Below, piece by piece: positions 40,480 through 49,356 of a stretch of 50,867 nt of DNA (position 1 is the first letter of the stretch; each line of letters opens with the position of its first letter). The notes under the pieces were generated by a model. It made no database searches. It was not told the DNA's origin and was given only the letters and a program-made list of their open reading frames with translations. Origin of the DNA: an uncultured Gammaproteobacteria bacterium (GTDB taxonomy: Bacteria; Patescibacteriota; Microgenomatia; Levybacterales; UBA12049); contig CAZYIC010000002.1 in assembly GCA_964646925.1 (NCBI GenBank), positions 1 to 50,867 on the forward strand. The letters run 5' to 3'. Made by a program: the position numbers and the translations under genes.

Positions 40480-41478
40480 ATGAAACGTGTATACTCTGGC
40501 ATACGTGCTACCGGAAGGTTGCACCTGGGAAATTATTTTGGGGCAGTCAAGGGAATGCTTGCTTTGCAAGAAACTTACGACTGCATATTCTCTGTGGTTG
40601 ATCTGCATACAATCACAGTTCCGTATCAGCCTGACACCCTTCAGGTGTCCGTACGAAATATAATATTGGATTACTTGGCAGCAGGATTAGATCCAGAAAA
40701 ATGCAAGATCGAAATTCAATCAAAAATTCCTCAGCATACGGAGCTTGCCTATTTATTATCAACTATTTATCAAGTTTCACGACTTGAGGATTTGCCAACC
40801 TACAAAGAGAAAAAAGCCCAGTACCCGAAGTATGTGAATATGGGGCTTTTGTATTATCCGGTTCTGATGGCTGCGGACGTATTGCTTTACAAAGGAGAGT
40901 TAGTGCCGGTTGGCATAGATCAGGAGCCGCATTTGGAAGTCATGCGGGAAATCGCCAGAAAGTTTAACTCAATGTTTGGTCAAACATTTCCAGAGCCTCA
41001 ACGGTTTAAAACCGAAGGCCTGCCTGCCGGCAGGCAGGGCGAATATGTTCCGTCTTTGGCAGGAGCAGGAAAGATGAGCAAATCAATTGATGGGAGCTTT
41101 ATTAATCTAACAGATGATTTGGAAACTATAAAAAAGCGTTTGGCAGGAACACCAACAGACTCCGGAACAACTGGCGGAGAATTGCCAAAAACAGGTGGAA
41201 TTGCTAATCTATTTACTCTGTTAAAGCTGTTTAAATTGGATAAAGAGTACACTAAATTTGAACAAGATTATAAGGATAAAAAAATCAGATATTCAGAGCT
41301 AAAAGAAGTTTTAGCGCAGGGTATTTTTAAAGAACTCCAACCTTTTCAAGAAAGAAGAAGGGAATTTGAGGAAAATCAAAGTCTCGTAGATAATATTATT
41401 GAAGAGGGAAGGGTAAAATGTACTCATATGGCAGAAGAAACCATGAAAGAAGTCCGCTCCAAAATGGGCCTCGTCTAA
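40480..41478 (+). CDS. trpS: tryptophanyl-tRNA synthetase
   Basis: 332 aa with TGRLHLGNYFGA (HIGH-like) and KMSKS. Confidence 0.9.
   Translation: MKRVYSGIRATGRLHLGNYFGAVKGMLALQETYDCIFSVVDLHTITVPYQPDTLQVSVRNIILDYLAAGLDPEKCKIEIQSKIPQHTELAYLLSTIYQVSRLEDLPTYKEKKAQYPKYVNMGLLYYPVLMAADVLLYKGELVPVGIDQEPHLEVMREIARKFNSMFGQTFPEPQRFKTEGLPAGRQGEYVPSLAGAGKMSKSIDGSFINLTDDLETIKKRLAGTPTDSGTTGGELPKTGGIANLFTLLKLFKLDKEYTKFEQDYKDKKIRYSELKEVLAQGIFKELQPFQERRREFEENQSLVDNIIEEGRVKCTHMAEETMKEVRSKMGLV
41019..41038. repeat. perfect 20-bp GC-rich palindrome in frame in trpS
   Basis: cctgcctgccggcaggcagg encodes LPAGRQG just upstream of the KMSKS loop. Confidence 0.9.
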
Positions 41479-41534
41479 TCCGATTAGCTATCTGATTTGA
41501 TTTTGGATTAATTTTTCTTTGGCCTTGTGTAGCC

Positions 41535-41563
41535 TTGGCTAAGAGAGGGATTTGTGGTATACT
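41535..41563 (+). promoter_or_regulatory. putative ftsH promoter (leaderless geometry)
   Basis: TTGGCT, a 17-nt spacer, then TATACT (41558-41563), followed by 7 nt to ATG 41571. Confidence 0.4.
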
Positions 41564-41570
41564 CACCTCG

Positions 41571-44500
41571 ATGGCAACGAACGGCAGCAAAAATCATCAG
41601 CCTATCGCCCGCCTGCCGGCAGGGCAGGGCAGGCAAGGCAAAAATGGCAAGAAACAAAAAATTATCAAAGTAAAGATAAATACCTCGTGGAAAAATATTT
41701 TGGTTTATGGGTCTCTGTTCCTTTTTGCAATGTTTCTTTTCATGGGGTTTAGCCAACAGTCATTTGAGGACATTAAAACAGTTCCTCTTTCCCAGGTAGT
41801 TTCGGATGTAAAAACGGGAAAAGTTACGGAAATTGAAGTTTTGGAAAATAAGCTTGTTGTAAAAGAAGGAAAAGAGACTTTTCAGAGCTTCAAGGAGCAA
41901 GGCGCAAACGTTTATCAGATATTCAAGGATGCGGGAGTACAGCTTAATAAAACAAAAGTCGTCATAAAAGATCAGACAGGGTTTAATAATTGGCTGGGTA
42001 TTATTTCATCTGTCCTGCCAATATTATTAATGGTGGCATTTTTCTTTTTTATATTTCGTCAGGCAAAAGGAGCGCAAGAAAATATTTTCTCTTTTGGCAA
42101 GTCTTCGGCTAAACTTTTCAGCAAAGATACCCCAAGGATCAGTTTTGCAAATGTTGCAGGAGTAGATGAAGCAAAACAGGAGCTGACAGAAATCGTAGAT
42201 TTTCTTAAAAACCCGGGAAAATACAAAGCAATGGGAGCGCGTACGCCAAAAGGAGTATTGATGATTGGCCCAAGCGGAACAGGAAAAACCCTCTTGGCAA
42301 GAGCAACGGCCGGAGAAGCAAATGTGCCTTTCTTCTCAATGGCAGGATCTGAATTTATGGAAATGTTGGTAGGTGTTGGAGCTTCGCGCGTGAGAGATTT
42401 ATTTAATACTGCCAAAAAATCCCAGCCTGCAATCATTTTTATAGATGAAATAGATGCGATTGGACGGCAGAGGGGAACAGGATTAATGGGAGGACATGAT
42501 GAAAGGGAGCAGACCTTAAATCAAATTCTGGTGGAGATGGATGGATTTGCCCCAACAGAGCAGTTAGTGGTTATGGCGGCAAGTGTAACAGGAGATACTC
42601 CAATCATGATTAAAAAAGACAAAGATATAAAAATTATTCCTATTGCTAAATTTGTAGATAGATATTATCAAAAAGATGAAGGAAGTACAGAGAAGAATAT
42701 TGAAGACATTGAAACCTTGGGATTTAATCAGGCAGAAGCGATAGATATTCTAAAATTTAATAATCCCGCATTTAAAAAAGTAAGAGGTGTTTTTAGACAT
42801 AAGGTTAAAGAGATTTATGAAATTAAATATGTAGGAGGTAAAGTCAAGGCTACAGGTAATCATTCGGTATTTGTTCGAGATAATCAGGGCATTCTCGCTA
42901 AACCGGTAACAGCACTTAGTAGAGGCGATGTGCTAGTTGATTTTCCGTATAAATTTTTGTACGAAGACACAAGATCAAGCAATTATCAGATAAAAAATCA
43001 AGATAAAGGCAGCAATGCATTTAACCTGAAATTGCCTATTTTTATTGATACTGATTTGCAAAAACAAGGAACGGAAAAATATATATATGTAATGGAGCAG
43101 AGTGGGTTATTTTCACAGGAAAAGATTGCTCAAAATATTGGAGTATCTCAGCTTACGGTAAGTCATTGGCAAAGAAACGATAGATTGCCCCGGTCTATTT
43201 CCAGAGCTTATTTCAAGCATGAATTACCCGATGAAGTTGAATTTACGCCCGGACTCGCAAGGCTTATGGGATATTATGCGGCAGAGGGATATGCCAGGAA
43301 GGAAATCGATTTTTGTTTCAACAAAAAAGAAGAGAACTTAATAGAAGACGTTATCAATTTAATGCAGGAGATTTTTAATCTTAAACCTCATAAGGTAAGA
43401 ATAACAGGAAATGCGGCTAATGTAATTTATCAGTCCCGTCCTTTAGCAGATTTCTTTATATTTCATTGTGGAAAAGGTGCGCTTAACAAACACACGCCAA
43501 CAATTCTGTTTGAAGCGCCAAAAGAGTACTTTTTGGAATTTTTAAGAGGTGTATTTGATGGTGATGGTTATCAGGATAAAAAAGGAAAAGGAGAAATAAC
43601 TTCGATAAGTAAACAATTAATAATGGAGCTGAATTGGCTTTGCCGTATGCGCGGAATAAAGACATACATGCATTCGTTTACGGCAAAAGAGGGAAGGATT
43701 ATAAATGGAGGCAGGCCATTGAAAGCGGTTGTCGCATATCGTTTGGGATGGGGTAAGATGGCAAATCCATTCTTGCCAACTTCTAAAAACTTTGCAAAGT
43801 TACCTCGAATAATCAGTATCAGAAAGTTGCCTTTTGATGATTATGTCTATGATCTTTGCGGAGTGGAGAATGAAGCTTTTTTTGGCGGAGAAAGTCCAGT
43901 TCTTCTTCATAATACGAACAGGCCTGACGTCCTTGATCCGGCGCTGGTTCGGCCGGGAAGATTTGACAGGAGAGTAGCTTTGGATATGCCGGATGTGGTA
44001 GGACGCGAGGCAATTCTGGCAATCCACGCCAAAGGCAAACCGTTTGTTACAGGGGTTGACTGGAAAAAAGTTGCCAAAAGAACAGTCGGATTTTCCGGAG
44101 CGGATTTGGAAAATATGCTCAACGAAGCAGCTATTTTGGCTGCGCGCTTAGGGAAGAAAGCCATTGACATGAAGGATTTGGAAGAAGCAGCGACAAAAGT
44201 CAAATTAGGTCCTGAGAAAAAAAGATTGCAATCGGAAGAGGATAGAAAGATGACCGCGTATCATGAAGCAGGACACGCGATTGTTAGTTGGGAAATGCCG
44301 CACATGGATCCAATTCACAGAATTTCCATTGTCAGTCGGGGAATGAGTCTGGGACATACCATGATGGAGCCAACAGAGCATATTCATGAAACAAAGACAA
44401 GGCTTATTGAGCAGATTGCTGTAATGTTGGGAGGAAGAGCGGCAGAAAATATGATTTTCAAAGAGATGACAACCGGAGCATCTGACGACATTGCAAAAGC

Positions 44501-44807
44501 AACTCAAGTTGCAAGAATGATGGTGGTGGAATACGGGATGAGTGATCTTGGGCCAATCAACTTAGACAATGAACAGAGAACTATATATGATCAGAAAACT
44601 ATTTCGCCGATTATGGCAGGGAAAATCGATGACCAGATTAAGAAAATTACAGATACTGCTTATAAATCAGCAGCTGCAATTTTGATGCGGTTAGAAGGCA
44701 AGCTGGATATTTTGGCTGAAGAGCTTTTGAAAAAAGAAACCATTGACGCGGATGACTTTATCAAGCTCCTCGGTCCCAAAAAATCCCTAGCGGTAGCAAA
44801 AGCCTAG
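41571..44807 (+). CDS. ftsH: ATP-dependent zinc metalloprotease FtsH, interrupted by an intein
   Basis: Walker A GPSGTGKT, Walker [32 protein letters not shown] and the Zn site HEAGHAI. About 634 aa remain after removing the intein. Confidence 0.9.
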   Translation: MATNGSKNHQPIARLPAGQGRQGKNGKKQKIIKVKINTSWKNILVYGSLFLFAMFLFMGFSQQSFEDIKTVPLSQVVSDVKTGKVTEIEVLENKLVVKEGKETFQSFKEQGANVYQIFKDAGVQLNKTKVVIKDQTGFNNWLGIISSVLPILLMVAFFFFIFRQAKGAQENIFSFGKSSAKLFSKDTPRISFANVAGVDEAKQELTEIVDFLKNPGKYKAMGARTPKGVLMIGPSGTGKTLLARATAGEANVPFFSMAGSEFMEMLVGVGASRVRDLFNTAKKSQPAIIFIDEIDAIGRQRGTGLMGGHDEREQTLNQILVEMDGFAPTEQLVVMAASVTGDTPIMIKKDKDIKIIPIAKFVDRYYQKDEGSTEKNIEDIETLGFNQAEAIDILKFNNPAFKKVRGVFRHKVKEIYEIKYVGGKVKATGNHSVFVRDNQGILAKPVTALSRGDVLVDFPYKFLYEDTRSSNYQIKNQDKGSNAFNLKLPIFIDTDLQKQGTEKYIYVMEQSGLFSQEKIAQNIGVSQLTVSHWQRNDRLPRSISRAYFKHELPDEVEFTPGLARLMGYYAAEGYARKEIDFCFNKKEENLIEDVINLMQEIFNLKPHKVRITGNAANVIYQSRPLADFFIFHCGKGALNKHTPTILFEAPKEYFLEFLRGVFDGDGYQDKKGKGEITSISKQLIMELNWLCRMRGIKTYMHSFTAKEGRIINGGRPLKAVVAYRLGWGKMANPFLPTSKNFAKLPRIISIRKLPFDDYVYDLCGVENEAFFGGESPVLLHNTNRPDVLDPALVRPGRFDRRVALDMPDVVGREAILAIHAKGKPFVTGVDWKKVAKRTVGFSGADLENMLNEAAILAARLGKKAIDMKDLEEAATKVKLGPEKKRLQSEEDRKMTAYHEAGHAIVSWEMPHMDPIHRISIVSRGMSLGHTMMEPTEHIHETKTRLIEQIAVMLGGRAAENMIFKEMTTGASDDIAKATQVARMMVVEYGMSDLGPINLDNEQRTIYDQKTISPIMAGKIDDQIKKITDTAYKSAAAILMRLEGKLDILAEELLKKETIDADDFIKLLGPKKSLAVAKA
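41607..41630. repeat. GC-rich palindromic element in the ftsH N-terminal tail
   Basis: gcccgcctgccggcagggcagggc with core palindrome cctgccggcagg (41612-41623). Encodes [10 protein letters not shown]; compare LPAGRQG in trpS. Confidence 0.7.
42582..43913 (+). mobile_element. intein (444 aa) with a LAGLIDADG homing-endonuclease domain
   Basis: Starts SVTGDTPIM (block A), has TGNHSVFV (block B), [11 protein letters not shown] and [12 protein letters not shown] (LAGLIDADG x2) and [13 protein letters not shown] (block F), and ends VLLHN followed by Thr. The exteins rejoin as VVMAA|TNRPDVLD. Confidence 0.9.
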
Positions 44808-44817
44808 ATTACAGTCT

Positions 44818-45426
44818 TTAGATAATCATTTCTTCAGTTGCTTTCATATTTTCCCAGATTAATCTATCTTTTTTTGCATGATCACTTCTCATTTCAACCG
44901 GCAGCTTACTTCTTAAGCGGTGGCTGATTAATAGAAATGGAAGTTCGTTTGTTAATCTTAAATCAACGCTAGCTTTAAATCCTTTTTCTCTTAAGAATCC
45001 AGTAAATTTGGCAACACAATCCTTTGCGTGGAATCCACCTACAATTACCTGGGCGTTGTTTTGCAAATTTAGCCCTTCTAATATCTTGGGTAGGCCTCTT
45101 CTGTAAAATTGCTCCCAATCTTTTCCCCACGAATGAAAGGTTTCCCATCGTATTATGTCTTGGAATTGACCTTGGGGGTAAAAATAACTGAAAGTATCGG
45201 GTTGCGTATCTCCATAAACAACTGCCATTGTCTTGAATCCCTGGTTTCGATAACGGGTAAGAATCCTGCCAGTAGTTTCTCTAAAATCTTGATACAGAGT
45301 AGGAATATATGGTGATTCTGGTTTAGATCCTCCTGTTGTTCTTTGGTCTGGAAAAAGAACGACAACAGCTCTACTTATCGGAGTATTTATCTCCTTAATT
45401 TTTCCCAAATCTATTTGTTCAACCAT
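44818..45426 (-). CDS. hypothetical protein
   Basis: 202-aa ORF. VIVGGFHAKDCVAKF is faintly cysteine-hydrolase-like, but no firm assignment is possible. Confidence 0.35.
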   Translation of the reverse strand: MVEQIDLGKIKEINTPISRAVVVLFPDQRTTGGSKPESPYIPTLYQDFRETTGRILTRYRNQGFKTMAVVYGDTQPDTFSYFYPQGQFQDIIRWETFHSWGKDWEQFYRRGLPKILEGLNLQNNAQVIVGGFHAKDCVAKFTGFLREKGFKASVDLRLTNELPFLLISHRLRSKLPVEMRSDHAKKDRLIWENMKATEEMII

Positions 45427-45469
45427 AAGAGTGTATTTTAGGCCTAAATTGCAGTTTTTTCAAATTATC

Positions 45470-45498
45470 TTGACAAAATGAGGTAAACCATGTAAAGT
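45470..45498 (+). promoter_or_regulatory. putative guaB promoter (leaderless geometry)
   Basis: TTGACA (45470-45475), a 17-nt spacer, then TAAAGT (45493-45498), followed by 5 nt to ATG 45504. Confidence 0.4.
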
Positions 45499-45503
45499 AA
45501 ATT

Positions 45504-46655
45504 ATGGAGCCTGCAAAACTTTCTTCCCATTTCGGATTAACTTTTGATGATGTTCTTCTTATTCCGGGCTATTCGGACTTTACCCGTTCCGACATAAACC
45601 TTTCTACCCAACTTACAAAAAAGATTAAACTTTCAATCCCTTTTGTTTCAGCCCCAATGGATACGGTTACGGAAAGTGCTTTGGCAATTGCGCTTGGGAC
45701 TCTTGGCGGAATTGGAATTATTCACAGAAATTTGACCATAGAAGATCAGATAAGAGAGGTAAAAAAAGTCAAGAATAAGAAATTGCTGGTTGGGGCTGCA
45801 ATAGCCGGGAAAAATTATGAGGAAAGACTAAGAGCTTTGGTTAAAGCTCATGTTGATGTGGTAGTAATTGATTCGGCGCATGGCTTTACAAAGACAATTA
45901 TTGCGGCAATAAAATTTATCAAAAAGACCTATCCGGCTCTTGAAGTAATTGCGGGAAATATTGCAACTGCGGATGGAGCAAGAGGGCTCATCGCAGCCGG
46001 AGCAGACGGGTTAAGAGTCGGAATGGGGCCCGGGGCAATTTGCACAACCAGAATTATTTCCGGGATGGGAGTGCCGCAGATTACGGCAATAATGGAAACT
46101 GCAAAAGCTGCTCATAAAGCAAAAATTCCTGTTATTGCTGATGGAGGGATAAAATATTCAGGAGACATGGTTAAGGCTTTGGCTGCCGGCGCGTCAACTG
46201 TTATGATGGGAGGATTTTTCGCCGCGTCAATGGAAGCGCCCGGAAAAACAGTAAAGCTTAATGTAAAAGAAGTTCCGCATAGATTCAGAAATATCTTTAA
46301 CGGCAAGAATAAAAAAGAATTTTATGTTTTTAAAGAATATCGCGGCATGGGATCGGAGGCGGCAATGGAAAAAGGAGCGAAAATAAAATCCGAAGAAGAA
46401 TTTCACGGTAAAGATTATAAAGACAGGGTATTGGTTGCTGAGGGAGTTGAGGGGCTGGTGCCGATAAAGGGCACTGTTCAGGAGCTTGTCGATCAGGCAG
46501 TTGGAGGAATAAGATCCGGAATGTGTTATGTCGGAGCGCGCAGTATAAAAGAACTTTGGGGAAAAGCGCAGTTTATTCAGATAACTCAGGCATCCTTAAC
46601 CGAAAGCCATCCTCATGATGTTTTAATTACCAATCCGGGAGAAAATTATAAATGA
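45504..46655 (+). CDS. guaB: IMP dehydrogenase, short form lacking the CBS (Bateman) subdomain
   Basis: 383 aa with [23 protein letters not shown] and [39 protein letters not shown] joins the two barrel halves directly. Confidence 0.85.
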   Translation: MEPAKLSSHFGLTFDDVLLIPGYSDFTRSDINLSTQLTKKIKLSIPFVSAPMDTVTESALAIALGTLGGIGIIHRNLTIEDQIREVKKVKNKKLLVGAAIAGKNYEERLRALVKAHVDVVVIDSAHGFTKTIIAAIKFIKKTYPALEVIAGNIATADGARGLIAAGADGLRVGMGPGAICTTRIISGMGVPQITAIMETAKAAHKAKIPVIADGGIKYSGDMVKALAAGASTVMMGGFFAASMEAPGKTVKLNVKEVPHRFRNIFNGKNKKEFYVFKEYRGMGSEAAMEKGAKIKSEEEFHGKDYKDRVLVAEGVEGLVPIKGTVQELVDQAVGGIRSGMCYVGARSIKELWGKAQFIQITQASLTESHPHDVLITNPGENYK

Positions 46656-48271
46656 TTTTAATCGTTGACTTCGGATCACAAACGACCCATTTAATTGGAA
46701 GAAGAATTAAAGAATTGGGGGCTGGAGTAAAAATTGTTTCTCCTGAAAATGTCGACCTCGCATGTCGACAGCCTCCCGACCTGCGAGGTCGGGGAGTGAA
46801 AGGGATAATCTTATCAGGAGGTCCTGCTTCTGTTTATGAAAAGAATGCTCCAACTATTGATAAGAAAATTTTTTCTTTAGGAATTCCGATTTTGGGCATT
46901 TGTTACGGTCTGCAATTGTGTTCCCGCCTGGAAGGTGGGAAGGTAATTCCTGGGAAAAAAGAGTACGGACCTGCGCAATTGAAAATTGAAAATTTAAAAT
47001 TAAAAATTACACAAAACTTGTCCGAAAGTTTTGTGGTTTGGATGTCGCATGGCGACGAAGTAATTAAGTTACCGAATGGATTTGAAGTTTTTGGCTCAAC
47101 AGAACATGTGCCGTTTGCTTTTGTCGGGGATTTGAAAAGAAATATTTACGGGGTTCAATTTCACCCGGAAGTAGAACACACGGAGTTTGGTCTACAAGTA
47201 CTCAAAAATTTTCTTTCCGTTTGTCATCCTGAATTTATTTCAGGATCTAAACATCGGAATAAAAACGAGATGCTGAAATCCTCCAGGAGGACTTTCCTCA
47301 GCGGAGGTGGCGCAGTTCAGCATGACACGGATAAGATTACAGAGAACGTTAGGAGTATTGTTGGGGAAAGAGATTGTGTGATTGGGGCGGTGTCCGGAGG
47401 GGTAGATTCAACAGTTGCTTCTGTTTTGACTGCCAAAGCAATAGGGAAGAGATTTATTCCTATTTACGTTGATAATGGACTTATGAGAAAAGGAACAGAA
47501 GAACATGTGGTTAAAATATTTAAGCGAATCGGCATTAAACCTATAGTTGTTAATGCGGCAGGGGAGATGTTAAAGCGTCTGCAAAAAATTACGGATAGTG
47601 AGCAAAAAAGAAAAATTATCGGCAATTTTTACATCGAAATTTTTGAGCGGGAAATGAAAAAATTATTGGCAAAAAAGATTTCTGTTAAGTTTTTGTTGCA
47701 GGGCACGATTTATTCGGATGTGATTGAAAGTCAGGGCACCAAGTATGCAGCCAAAATCAAAAGCCATCATAATGTTGGAGGTCTTCCTAAAAAAATGAAA
47801 TTAAAACTTTTGGAACCGGTAAGAAATTTTTATAAAGATGAAGTTAGAGAAATCGGAAGGAAGTTAGGATTGCCGGAAGAATTTGTTAACAAACAGCCTT
47901 TTCCCGGGCCAGGATATGCAGTTCGAATTAGAGGAGAAGTTACTAAAAAAAGACTGGCAATGGAGAAAAAAGCGGATGAGATCGTGTTATTTGAGCTTGG
48001 AAAAGCGGGAATTCTGCCGAATGTTTTTCTGTCTTTTCCGGTTATGACTGATGCTTATTCAACAGCAGTCAAGGGAGACGGACGGCAGTTTGGGGAAGTT
48101 GTAGCTCTTCGTATCATAGAATCCAAAGACATCATGACTTCTACTTGGAGTAAGATACCATACGGCATCTTACAAAAAATTTCCTCAAGAATTGTTAATG
48201 AAATTCCCGGAGTTTCCCGCGTTGTCTACGACATCACCACCAAACCCCCCGCGACAATGGAATGGGAATAA
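46652..48271 (+). CDS. guaA: GMP synthase (glutamine-hydrolysing)
   Basis: 539 aa with a GATase domain (GICYGLQL, WMSHGD, QFHPE), the PP-loop AVSGGVDS and a C-terminal dimerisation domain ending TMEWE. Confidence 0.9.
   Translation: MILIVDFGSQTTHLIGRRIKELGAGVKIVSPENVDLACRQPPDLRGRGVKGIILSGGPASVYEKNAPTIDKKIFSLGIPILGICYGLQLCSRLEGGKVIPGKKEYGPAQLKIENLKLKITQNLSESFVVWMSHGDEVIKLPNGFEVFGSTEHVPFAFVGDLKRNIYGVQFHPEVEHTEFGLQVLKNFLSVCHPEFISGSKHRNKNEMLKSSRRTFLSGGGAVQHDTDKITENVRSIVGERDCVIGAVSGGVDSTVASVLTAKAIGKRFIPIYVDNGLMRKGTEEHVVKIFKRIGIKPIVVNAAGEMLKRLQKITDSEQKRKIIGNFYIEIFEREMKKLLAKKISVKFLLQGTIYSDVIESQGTKYAAKIKSHHNVGGLPKKMKLKLLEPVRNFYKDEVREIGRKLGLPEEFVNKQPFPGPGYAVRIRGEVTKKRLAMEKKADEIVLFELGKAGILPNVFLSFPVMTDAYSTAVKGDGRQFGEVVALRIIESKDIMTSTWSKIPYGILQKISSRIVNEIPGVSRVVYDITTKPPATMEWE
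46751..46794. repeat. GC-rich palindromic element in frame in guaA (GATase domain)
   Basis: CGACCTCGCA (46753-46762) pairs with TGCGAGGTCG (46782-46791). There is also a nested hairpin cccgacct-gcg-aggtcggg (46775-46793). Encodes DLACRQPPDLRGRG. Confidence 0.75.
47223..47326. repeat. ~104-nt MITE-like element in frame between the guaA domains
   Basis: Termini GTCATCCTGAA / TTCAGCATGAC match at 10/11 as inverted repeats. Internal hairpin atcctgaa-tttatt-tcaggat. Encodes CHPEFISGSKHRNKNEMLKSSRRTFLSGGGAVQHD. Confidence 0.7.
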
Positions 48272-48280
48272 ACGAAATTA

Positions 48281-48308
48281 AAAATTCAAAATGCAAAGTT
48301 CAAAATTA
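48281..48308. repeat. 28-bp AT-rich repeat, copy 2
   Basis: Identical to 9437-9464. Starts 10 nt after the guaA stop. Confidence 0.8.
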
Positions 48309-48417
48309 ACGAAGGTTAAGAGAGGCGGATTTAAAGACAATATTTTTGGTTTTAGTTTAAGTTTAGTGGTCGGTAGGGTGCGGTTGCTGTAAATAAATAA
48401 GTCGTCAATCTTTACAG

Positions 48418-49356
48418 TTACGTTAGGTGCCTTTTTATCGTCTCTTCAATATTTTTGTTTTCCCCGGCTTTAAATTTCTTTCCTGTTATTTTTTCATAGA
48501 TAGCAATGTATCTTTTGCTGACTTTGTTAATAAAACTTTTTGGCATTTTGGGAGGTTTGCCGTCGCCTTTGTATCCTTTTTTGGCAAACCAAATACGCAT
48601 GAATTCTTTATCGAAATTTTCCGGTTCCTCTCCGGAGGAGAATCTCTTTTTATATGTTTTTTTAATCCAGAAACGAGATGAATCCGGCGTGTGAATTTCA
48701 TCAATTAAAATTAATTGTTTTTTTTCATCAAGCCCGAATTCATATTTTGTGTCAACCAAAATAATTCCGGCTTTGGCGCAAATTTTTGTCCCTCTTTCAA
48801 AAAGTCCAAGGGCTGCTTTTTTCATTTGCTTCCATATTTTTTCAGAAACAATTTTTTTCTTGATGATTTCTTTTTCGGTTAGTCTTTGGTCATGTCCGCT
48901 TGAAGCTTTTGTCGTAGGTGTGATAATTGGTTTCGGAAGTTTTTGATTTTTTTGCAAACCATCTTGAAATTTTAATCCATAAATTATTCTTTCTCCTTTT
49001 TCATAAGAGCCCCAGATAGATGTTCCGGTTACTCCTGTCATATATCCTCTGACAACCATTTCAATTGGAATTAATTTTGCATTTTTTACAACCATAGTAT
49101 TTGGATGGGGAGAAGACAGGAAATGATTTCTTACAATATCTTTTGTTTTTTCAAACCAAAAAATAGATAATAAATTTAACACTTGTCCTTTGTAAGGAAT
49201 GAAGTCTAATACTTTGTCGAATGCGGAAATTCTGTCAGTGGAAATAATAATTCTTTTACTGTTTTTAATATAAAAGTCCCGGGTTTTGCCCTGATATTTT
49301 TTTCCAAGACCTTTGAGATTAACGGTTTTTAAAACATTCATAAATATTTTTTCCAT
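48418..49356 (-). CDS. purC: phosphoribosylaminoimidazole-succinocarboxamide (SAICAR) synthase
   Basis: 312 aa with GKTRDFY, STDRISAFD and LVDTKYEFG. Confidence 0.85.
   Translation of the reverse strand: MEKIFMNVLKTVNLKGLGKKYQGKTRDFYIKNSKRIIISTDRISAFDKVLDFIPYKGQVLNLLSIFWFEKTKDIVRNHFLSSPHPNTMVVKNAKLIPIEMVVRGYMTGVTGTSIWGSYEKGERIIYGLKFQDGLQKNQKLPKPIITPTTKASSGHDQRLTEKEIIKKKIVSEKIWKQMKKAALGLFERGTKICAKAGIILVDTKYEFGLDEKKQLILIDEIHTPDSSRFWIKKTYKKRFSSGEEPENFDKEFMRIWFAKKGYKGDGKPPKMPKSFINKVSKRYIAIYEKITGKKFKAGENKNIEETIKRHLT

Noticed and set aside
46976-47010. AT-rich coding tracts in guaA (LKIENLKLKI) and murD (34350-34385, ELKIKNEKLKI) that resemble the intergenic TTGAAAATT-rich spacers.
   Set aside because: The similarity is low-complexity and could arise from base composition alone. 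Orthologue alignments do not obviously require an insertion at these positions.
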